Shown here: in pieces, positions 51,953-61,971 of the stretch
Position numbering within the stretch: the first letter of the stretch is position 1
Layout: each line of letters starts with the position of its first letter
DNA from: Oopsacas minuta
Lineage: Eukaryota; Animalia; Porifera
Assembly: GCA_024704765.1 (NCBI GenBank)
Contig: JAKMXF010000343.1
Location: forward strand, 1,079,349-1,143,348
Length of the DNA stretch: 64,000 nucleotides
Reading direction: 5' to 3'
Made by a program: the position numbers and the translations under genes
Notes under the pieces: model-generated
The model's database searches: none
Seen by the model: only the letters and a program-made list of their open reading frames with translations
Told to the model about the DNA's origin: nothing

Positions 51953-53938
51953 TATCTATACTTCTATAATATTCAATCTCGATGATTTGTATGCGTAAGT
52001 CCAGAATTATTTGTGGATTCTGGGATGTCGCATAATTATTTTTTTATCGTGTTTATGAATGAAGTAAACATAATTCAATATGATTTCAATAAATGTATCG
52101 AATATTTTGAATCTGATTTTAGCACTTTTCTTTTATCTAATTTTCCTATATATAAAATTGTTGTTTTTATGAATATAAATTTAACCTCAATATATACGCT
52201 TCTACTAGCTCTTAACTGATATATGTGGTTCTATCGACTACAGTTATAGAAAAAGTATTCAACTACCACAATTTGTTGTGTATACTAATTGTGTCATATA
52301 TTTATACGTTTTCAGTTTTTTCATAATATCGGAATGAAAAAATGTAAAGATCAAAGTTTTTACTGTCAGCATAAACTGTAGTGAGATTTTTTAATTTTGA
52401 ATTCCATGCGTTTTTAGTCTAATTTATAGATAATGAGCTATTAATATGCAACGGATCCATCCTATCAACAAAGATTTTGTCATTAGGCGAAATTTGACTG
52501 GGCACATTTAGTATCTAAATATAGAAATTACCTTATCCCCAAATTTTCTAAACATTCTAACATTTATCAGATTATCTTTATTTATTTTGTTACAACTCCT
52601 GCCATATGTGGAAAAAGTGGCAGAGACAAGAAGATTCATAGAAATTATTCCAACATTATTTCAAAGCCTAAATATCCTATATAATTTAACGGTAATTTCC
52701 TAATAATAACCATGCGTTATATTTATCTCTGCCATATGTGCCACAAATTTAATACAGAGCATAATTCATCTTAAAAATTTCCAAATGTTTAGAAAAAGGG
52801 ATCTAGTGTAATTGCTATTTGTAGATCCTAAATATGCATAAGAGTTCACAAACAGAGAAATTATTTGACGAGTGAGAAGTTGGCTGAAAATTCGATCAGC
52901 AGTACCTCAACCATTAATTTAACTTCCCATGGCTATAATGTAAATATTTTGGACATTTTTGAAATTGAATTTATATTTTTATAATTTTATTATTTCTGAT
53001 AGAAATTTGTAGATCTAACTAGTAATAGTTCATATATGAATTTGGTATACTCAAACTAAATCTTGTTTCCTGAAATCATGGTCATGTACTGCTACTGTAT
53101 GGACTTTTATGTGTTTATAATATCAAGTAAATATCCAATACTTTACGTATGGGATATTTTGGCTTGAAAATTGGCTTGTTTGAGTCGAGTTTATATTTGA
53201 TTTGTACGAAGCACACACATGTAATGAAATATTCTAATCCATTCTAACTATAGTAAGTCTCTAGACCCCCAGGCTTTGAGCTAGAGACTGTATTCATGTG
53301 AAATTTACTTAGAGGTAGCAGCAATTTCGTATGGTAACCTCCCAAATTTGATTTGTTTCCTACAACTGGGCGCCATTGTCCGTATATGATGTTCACATAA
53401 CTGCGGAATGGATATTGAAGTGTTCCAGTTAAGCAATATCAGACATAAGAAAGTGGTCCCGTTAAACTTTCACTTTACTAGCAGAACTAAACTAATAGCA
53501 CCAAAAGTGGACCATTTAAACCAACCTATCATGCGTCTACTGTATTCAGGTTAGAGTTGGTTGTGTTTTATCGTACAAATATTTGAAATTCTTGAAGGGC
53601 CTAGTGAGTGTAGATACACTTGTGTATCGCTTCGAAGGTAAGAACGATCGCCCCCTTACTTAATCTAGATTATAATCCCGTTCCTTTGAGAACCTAGACT
53701 ACTTAAATATATCAATTATGTAGATTCAGGCGTACTCCTGAGGTCCTACCTATCGCTTATAATTTCTATACCAGATTCCTTATATATAGCTAATCTATAG
53801 TATAGTACAGTTTTTGTAAAACAAAAATCCCATAACCTTCTTTGAAAAGGTGACTTTCATTATTCCAAAAATGATCTTTCTTTACTTTTAGAAAAGCTAA
53901 TACATAAAACTATATTTATTATAGCTGAGCTATATATA

Positions 53939-55292
53939 CAGTATGTCCCGAAAGTTTTTTCCTATTAGATAAATACCAATATAATTAGTGTTACGTGTCA
54001 TAGGCGTTTAATTACTTTCCAATATAACCTCCTTTCAAATCTACACATTTTCTCATTCTTGCTGGCATCCCATCTATCAATTTTCGAAGTAAGTCCGGAT
54101 TGATATTAGACCACACTGTTTTGAGGTTTTTGTCCAGCATTTCTAGATTTGTCGCTGATGGCATCTCTGACAAGCTCTGTTTAACAACAGCCCACAAATT
54201 CTCAATCGGAGAAAGATCAGGCGAGTTGCCTGGCCATATTTCTTTCCCCCAACAACCAACAAGATTCAATTGACACCATTCCTGGCTCAATTTCGATGTG
54301 TGAGCGGGGGCTCCATCTTGTTGAAAGATTGATTTTGACATGTTTTCACAAAATCTCCTCTGCAAAACCGTACCTCTCAATCGCCTACGAGCAAAGGCAG
54401 CTTTACATGGCCCAGCTAGTATGTTATCTACATAATATTTTGCATTTACAGTGCATTTCTGAGGAAGAATGTGCAGTTCCGACACAGCATTAGCCGACAT
54501 AGCGGCCCATACCATCAATTTTGGAGGAAATTTCAAAGTCAAGATTGGAGGAATATTTCTAGCACTGGAGTCCCAAACCCGGTCTGTTTGTCTATTTGAA
54601 GGTGCGAAAAGATGAAAGGGAGATTCGTCGGAGAAAATTACATTTGCCCACTCCTTAGATGACCAATTGAGTCTTTTTTTACAGAATGTTAGTCGATGAA
54701 CCAATTTTTTTTCTGTCAATCTCGGATTTCGGGGCCGTTTGAAACATTTGAGACCTAGGCTTTCCTTCAAATAGCGATCTACTGCCGTCTTCGAAGTCTG
54801 ATGGCCACGAGCTGTTAATCTTTCCGCCAATTTTCGGGTTGACTGGTGTCTTTTCCCGATAGATTTAGCAATGACTATTTTGGCCACTCTTGTTACTGAA
54901 GAGGGCCTTCCAGATCTGTGTTTGTCTTCGAGACTTTCACCGCGCTTCTTCCGCTTCCACCAGTTATTGACGGTCTTAATTGACTTCCCGAGGTGTCTAG
55001 CAACATTCTTCTGTGAAATTCCAGCTTCTAACATTGCTATTGCCTTCAAACGTAGGATAATTGTTCTGGGATTCCCAAAATTCGACATCTAATTTCCAGG
55101 ATAAAAAGAAATTTGTAATTACAAAACAATTGGAGAAGAATATAATGCCTTTGGGAAAATGATAAGTTACCCTTCTCTAAATACACATATCAATCATAAT
55201 AATAATGTATATCTTAGTTAGTGAGATTATTTGAACTAAGGGTCTATAATATAATATGTAATGCAATAGGAAAAAACTTTCGGGACGTACTG
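53939..55292 (-). mobile_element. Tc1-like DD37E transposon, complete, potentially active
   Basis: TA|CAGTATGTCCCGAAAGTTTTTTCCTATT ... AATAGGAAAAAACTTTCGGGACGTACTG|TA: 28-bp TIRs with one mismatch and TA TSD; 1354 bp. Confidence 0.95.
54012..55088 (-). CDS. Tc1/mariner transposase, 358 aa, intact, DD37E triad
   Basis: HTH region with RSGRP, IFSDESPF (D), LMVWAAMS, FQQDGAPAH-(37 aa)-SPDLSPIENLW (E); no stops or frameshifts. Confidence 0.95.
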   Translation of the reverse strand: MSNFGNPRTIILRLKAIAMLEAGISQKNVARHLGKSIKTVNNWWKRKKRGESLEDKHRSGRPSSVTRVAKIVIAKSIGKRHQSTRKLAERLTARGHQTSKTAVDRYLKESLGLKCFKRPRNPRLTEKKLVHRLTFCKKRLNWSSKEWANVIFSDESPFHLFAPSNRQTDRVWDSSARNIPPILTLKFPPKLMVWAAMSANAVSELHILPQKCTVNAKYYVDNILAGPCKAAFARRRLRGTVLQRRFCENMSKSIFQQDGAPAHTSKLSQEWCQLNLVGCWGKEIWPGNSPDLSPIENLWAVVKQSLSEMPSATNLEMLDKNLKTVWSNINPDLLRKLIDGMPARMRKCVDLKGGYIGK

Positions 55293-56584
55293 TATGTTAT
55301 TTGTTTCATTATTTACCTTTATTAGCTTACTCATTATCTACCTATCAATGGTTGTCTCCAGGTCCTCCAGTGGGTCCTGGCAAAATTAAAGATGTATGGA
55401 GCAATTTACCCCCAAGTGCGCACGCATTTGACATCTAGACTTATAACATTACTTAAGTAAAGACATTTGCTCCTTAGTAACCTACATAAGAGATAAGACA
55501 TGAGATTTGACATTTCAAATGCTTCAGGCTCCAATAACGTTCCTTTTCATTCTTCACAATTACATTAGATTTGTATTTTGAGTAATCAGGATTGAATTTA
55601 ACCATTCTATATTAGGAAAATTGCTCAATGTGCAATGCAACGTCAAACCATTTCAATAAATTGTGAATTATACAAAGTGTCCCAGCATCCACTTTTTATA
55701 GTAAGAATACTGAATTTGATGCAGTTTAACGGTGAACTTTGTAAATTTTTCCCATTAAATAGGAGCGCGCCATTGGGTGCGCTCCTTCAAAAATGGACCG
55801 CCGCGCCACTTTCCGCTCCTGAATCATAAATCGAGCATGCTCCAGGTCCTGCTCCTTTTTGCTCTGCAACACAGCATATCTCTGAAGTTTAATATTACGC
55901 CCTAGGAGGGATGAACAATGAATGGAACAAGTAAGAAAGATAGAAATAGGCTTTGATAACAGTAAAAGTGAACATATATAATCTAACTTAGGGTGTATAT
56001 GTGAGTCCTTATAGCTTTATAACTTCTGCTGCCTACATGAGAGGTGCACAACAACTAAATACATCACCTCGGAACACTACGGATCAAGACTATACAAGGG
56101 TCATATAATCTTGTAATTTGATGTATTCTGTGAATTTTGATGAACGTTTCGGATTTATTGAACTAAATATCAATTTCGCCAACAAATCATTTCCTGTTAC
56201 CTCAAACAGTTGATATTGCCAATAATCTGTATGCGTTACTATAGTTTGAATGGATTAGAATGTTGCATTACATTTGTGTGCTTCTAGAAATCTAATAGAG
56301 ACCGACTAAATCAAACAAGCAAGTTTTTAAGCCTAAATATCTCAACATTTTTCGATATATTAACATAATATTTTAAACACACAAACTTCGATACAGCACG
56401 AATCTATGCCAATGACACCGGGATGAATAATCACTTTAAGTATACTAAATTAATATGTAAACTACAGCTCGTAGTTGGAATTTTTAATTACTAATACATT
56501 CGTGACTACTAATCTAATAGAGTCTCAACTCAACCAAGCCAGTCGAGTTAAAAGTGAATATTTACAGAAGTGGAATTAATAGGT

Positions 56585-56950
56585 TCAGCTGTAACTCAAG
56601 AACTAGCCAACTTCATCCTGGCAATATTTTGATACTTTCTATATGAATATATTTGGAATAATTCATATTTGAACTTTGAAATTGAAGATCAATATCTTGT
56701 GCTTTATATCATAACACTTTTCCAACATATCAGCCTATTAGGCGATCACATGACGTCTTTCGACCTGAAAATATATCTAGACGTGGAATGTATGATTATC
56801 ACATCATATTTATGAAATTTAATTATACCTTAGGTATCTTGCTAATATCATGAGTTTTTTCTTCGAATCAACTACAATGCACTTCTTATTTATTCCTGGT
56901 CCATAACATAATTGTAGTTTCCAGTCCTTATATTACATAATTTACTACAT
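56585..56950. repeat. Dispersed repeat homologous to 36130-36520
   Basis: GTAACTCAAGAACTAGCCAAC..GAACTTTGAAATTGAAGATCAATAT..GATCAC..GACCTGAA..GATGTGGAATGT..CCTGGTCCA..CCAGTCCTT.TATTACATA is collinear with the 36-kb copy. Confidence 0.6.
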
Positions 56951-57449
56951 GAGTAATCAAGCATGTTTACTCCGTATTTCGCACTTTCAAGGAAGCCGAT
57001 TTCAAATATGATAGTAAGCAACTCGTTGTGGATATTGGTTGTTTTAGGTGCATAAGGTGAACAATATAAAATACAGTCCAAAACTTGCTTCCACCGAAAT
57101 CTCAAATATGCTGCGTAATTGATTACTCGTATATTGCTATTGAGACTTGCTCTCAAGAGCAGTATAGGCGTAATCAAATACGCTGAGTTAGAATTTCGTA
57201 TTTTACGTTTCTCATATCCAAATTTATTTTTTTTAATATTAATATATCTTAACCAAACCATACAACTTGCCAATATTATCACCTAGTCAATGTGAGTATT
57301 ACGTCTTTTATGGCTGCCCTTTGTTCTCGAATCCTTGATTTGTAAATATTCCTTCATCTGAAAAGTTTTTTATCAACTATTTTATTAAAATCACTCATTC
57401 TTTCAAGTTTAGCATATTATGAATTGATTATGTTTTCTGGATTTTATTT

Positions 57450-58088
57450 ATGGCATCAAATAAGAGAAGAAAAGTAGATCTGGAAAATCAAACATTCATG
57501 GAAAGTTGGACCGAACAATACTTTTTTATTATGTGTGGAGGTGAACCTTTATGTTTATTGTATAATGCATCTGTGGTTGTAGCAAAAGAGTGTAATTTAA
57601 CGCGGAATTACACAACATTTGATTCGATTATTGTAGAAGCGCGAAGAGTTCAGATTCAAGCTCTGCAAGAATCCTTGGGTAAACAGCAAGATAATTTCAC
57701 AAAGCACGATACTGAAACAGAAAACATTACATGTGCAAGTTTCGTTATCAGTGAACTCATTGCCAAAATAATGAAGCCGTTTGCTGATGGAGTATTTGTA
57801 AAGGAATGTCTTCTACCTGCAGTTGACCTTTTCGCCATGAGAAAAAGTCTCTTCGCTAACATTAGTCTTGCACGAACTGTCACACATAGAATTGAAGGTT
57901 TATCATCAGATATTAAACTATCATTAAAAGAACTTAGGCAAAAATTTGAATTTTAGCCATTGCTTTGCATGAGGGTACTGATCTCAATGATACTGCTCAA
58001 GTTACTGTTTTGTAAGAGGAATCAATGCGGACTTTGATATCACTGAATTGCTCACAAGCTTGGTTCACTTAAAGGTTGCCGACCCCTG
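57450..58088 (+). mobile_element. Internally deleted hAT (GTF2IRD2/SPIN-like) remnant
   Basis: ORF MASNKRRKVDLENQTFMESWTEQYFF..PLCLL..KPFADGVFVKECLL..ISLARTVTHRIE, then DESTD-like relics. It jumps directly to a right TIR AGGTTGCCGACCCCTG (ends 58088) followed by TCCTAGGT. The left end was not found. Confidence 0.8.
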
Positions 58089-58110
58089 TCCTAGGTTAAA
58101 TAAGCAATGT

Positions 58111-58841
58111 CATCCGACGAATCCCAAGTCAAAATGACTTCATCTGATTGCTAAAAAGAGAATGTTGTGAAAGATGTGCCATTTTTCAAGCTCTGTCAAA
58201 TGATCAATATTACTTCATCGATTCTAGAATTAACATCAAATTGATCCGAGGATGTTTTCATACAAAATATCAAAAAATTGCCATACTAAAGTTCTCAGAT
58301 TCCAGAGTTATAGAGGTTACCATGAATATCACATTTTGCCAATATCGCCTACTTGACAATCTTTAAAGTTATGACCAATCATCTTGCAAACATAGCTATA
58401 CCCGACTTTCCATACCCTGATAATACATTTTTTGATATGATGTGTCAATGGATTATTGCACAATCATCAATCATGCCATATATGATCACTCTCAAGTTTA
58501 CATCATCATTGTTAGTGATATAATATCAAAGTGTATTATCAGGGTATGGAAAGTTGGGTATAGCATATGTTGGCAGGATGATTGGCCATAACTTTAAAGG
58601 TTGTCAAGTTATAGGCAATATTGGCAAAATGTGTTATCCATGGTCTCTGGTACCTGAGAAATTTATCATGGCAATTTTTTGATATTTAATATTACATCCT
58701 GAACATCTTTGGATCAATTGGTGTTAATCGACGAAACAATATTGGTCATTTGACAGAGCTTGAAAAATAGCGGATTTTTTACAACATATTCCCTTTTTAG
58801 CCAATCAGATGACGTCATTTTAACCTGGGACTCGTCGTATG
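58111..58841. mobile_element. Almost wholly palindromic (foldback) MITE-like element, about 730 bp
   Basis: Arms of about 330 bp (58111-58445 vs 58515-58841) are diverged reverse complements, e.g. CATCCGACGAATCCCAAGTCAAAATGACTTCATCTGATTG vs CAATCAGATGACGTCATTTTAACCTGGGACTCGTCGTATG. Loop about 70 bp; TSD not resolved. Confidence 0.75.
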
Positions 58842-61800
58842 GCAAAACTTGAGCTAATTATTAACTAACAACAATACATACAAACGGCCAAAATAAGACA
58901 AATTTTGTATCATGGTGAATAATATTATCGGCTATCAAGTGTAATGGACTTCAAGTATACCATAGTCCATGAAATTATGATCAGTGGTATGGCCATATAT
59001 TTCGAAGGTCACGGTAGGAGTTTGTATTACTGGACCGACTGCACTATAGTATAGTCTAGTATAGTCCCCAGTTCTGAGATGAGTGGTTCTGTTTTTTTTG
59101 TTTGGTTATGTATATGTAAACTCCCGGCAATGCTATTTGCGTTTCAGAGCCCAAAGTTATACCCAAAGTCACAGATAATCTAATGAGTGTAAACTTAAGT
59201 TAAAAACTTCCTATGACACATTAAGACACAATTATCACACTTTTGATCATTTATACCACCAGCAAAAATTTATTCATAATTTCATGACCAAAATACAGTC
59301 TAAAATTCATTAAGAAATTCTTCAGATAATAGCTTGTCAAAATTTTTGAAATCACTCTTTGTTTTCCCACAAATTAAAGAAATAGACGCCACTATCCAAC
59401 TATAATGTGAATCTAAATTGGCCCAAGTAATTAATATAATGTGCTACATATAGCACTAAATCATCGGAAATAATTCTTTGTTCTTTGATGTAAAATTTTA
59501 TTAGGTACAATAGGTACTTCTAGTGCTGTATGTATGGATTCATTGAATATCTAAGATTAACAATAGCTTAAATTGTTTTAGAATATTGTATGAATAAAAT
59601 ATATTTTAGATTATCATTTAAAAGATATGTATTTCCCCGATTATGTAACCTCTGAATAATCGTAGAAGATTGTTCTAAACAGCAAAAGGGGGTAATTCAA
59701 TACGTTGATTCGAATTTCACACTCTTGAATCTGTACCGATCAAAACTCCTCCAGGATTACCTTCTATTGATATTATTAAGTCAACTTATAATTACTCTAA
59801 ACAAACTGAACATTATATGGACTGGATGATCATAGTAAATTGTAAATGTATTGTTTGCTGAATTTATATTCGAGCGGAGCTAGGAAAAAATATAAATCTC
59901 AACCTGTGCAGATAGCTTGGTCTATTAATTCAATCCGTTTAAAAAGTAGCATTAATACTTGGAGACACTATGAAATGGTATCTTTAATCTCAATTCACAT
60001 GGTGACTCTAATTAATAGTGCCACCTTTTAAACACATTTGATTAATAGACTAAGCTGTAGCCCATGTTGTAAATTTTTATTTGATTTGGGAAGTAATTTC
60101 CCACAAAACTGAGAAGGTGAAGCACATTCACTTTTTGAAGAAGAGCCTGGCATGTCCGGCCCCTATCCTTTTGCTATGCCAACGTCGCAAAATGCAGCCA
60201 GAGGGCATGCGGCCAAAAAAAGCCCAAACTTACTGCTTCAGGATACAACAATATTCAAAATTATTCTATACTAAAAGCAATTATGTTCGGAGGTTCCCGC
60301 TGGTAGCAATACTAAAGGAACACTAAAATATTTATAACTTCGTTTTAACCAGTTCCCATACGAAAACGTGATTTAGCACCTTTTGGAGGCAAAATAATCA
60401 CACATCTTCCCGGTAGCAGGAGGTTAACCTAAATACACGATGTTGTCATCTCTTTTGTTAATAACACGTAGCATTAAATTGATTAATTTACCACATTAGT
60501 CAATGTCAAAAATATATTGTCCGTTGGGGACTTTGTTGGGTTTTGTGGATAGCTTATGACCTATGGTCGCGGAAAAACAATGTTGTGGCAAAGAATTTTC
60601 ATGCTACATCAGCAAAATGCAGCCAACTTGCACAATTTTACGTGAATCTTATTAATATGTCTTTATTCGTATTCAGGGACATTTTGCTGTCCGTCAAGTG
60701 GTCACTTAACCATTTTGGAGATATCTTTTCCCTAGCAGCGCAAGAATGTCTCAACATTCCATCCAATAATTGTTTTCAAAACAAACCTAATGACCCTTCG
60801 TTTGACGCCGCTAGGCGAGCTGATTCTAGTTATGACAATATCGACTTGTAAGACTATTTTTACTAGAATGACATCCTCTGTCCCTCAGATTTCTGAAATC
60901 ATTAAGTATTTTTTCTTGAATACAGAATGCTATTGTCTAATTTGTAATCATACTTAGCCATGATTTGATTCATTTGCCGTATGGTGTAGATCTTTTAGCT
61001 ACGTATTATTCCATACAGACGATAACATCGTGTTTTAATGTAAAATATGTAAGAAAAATCAAGAAATTTGAGAGACAAGGAGGTCGATCTAGCTAGGTCG
61101 CCCGTAGTGCGGTGAAATATGAATAATATAATCAAATGTTAAAACATGTAGATATGGATTTGAAAATTTAAAATTAAAATCTCAATATAGATTACTCCTG
61201 AATAATAGTCGAACGAAATCTCTATCTATTGAATAATATTCAAATGGTGTGAAACATGACTTGATGGGTTGAGGAGAAATTTTGAGAATGGAATGTTGTC
61301 ACATTCCTGAGGAATTTTGCGCTGTTAGGGAAAAATGCCTCCAAATAAGGTCAATATGTATATCAAACGGCTGTAAATTTGATGCTGAGCACGAATATGA
61401 CCATAAAAGGTTGATCTAAGAGCGATATAATTAGCTAACCTAAATCTACAACAGAAGTGATTACTATATGTACATTAAGTTTTGACTCCCGAATTTTTAA
61501 TTTTTGTGGGTACAAACTTAGTACTTTTTCTCTGTTAATATAGTTAGCATATGAAAAAACGCATCGGAACGTTTGTTGGAATGTGTTAGGGGTAGACCCT
61601 ATTTAGACCCGACTAATTTAATTAAATATATTCGTATCGTAAGTTGGATTTGAAGGATATTGTAGGTTAAGCGGAATATTAAGAGCACATTCTTGGTTCT
61701 AATCACTTATTTTAAGGTGGAATTTCCCGCTGGAAATTAGAAAAAATTCAGAAATTCCCCATTGTTTGATAATTGTTTATTAACTCGTGTGTTGCCAGTA

Positions 61801-61971
61801 TTATCACATTTTATAATCATAAAATCTTTCTCAAAATTATATCAAATAATGCAATTAATGATAAATACTATCCGCACATAATTTGACGTTCCTTATCGAG
61901 TTATTATAATCGGTTTACTATAACTAGAATGATTGACATTTGTAGATCAGACAGGCCTAAAAAAAATGTTA

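Noticed and set aside
55761-55786. GC-rich hairpin AGGAGCGC..GCGCTCCT as a Helitron 3' end or terminator
   Set aside because: There is no CTRR terminus at the expected distance on either strand and no matching 5' TC end. An isolated 8-bp stem is weak evidence.
56890-57282. 130-aa ORF as a host gene or exon
   Set aside because: No recognisable motif and low-complexity AT-rich codons; it partly overlaps a dispersed repeat.
59846-60851. Host exons or a classifiable transposase in the short ORFs at 59846-60031, 60081-60326 and 60543-60851
   Set aside because: There are only faint, frame-broken resemblances to transposase motifs and a weak inverted match between about 60720-60770 and 61280-61345; not enough to support a call.
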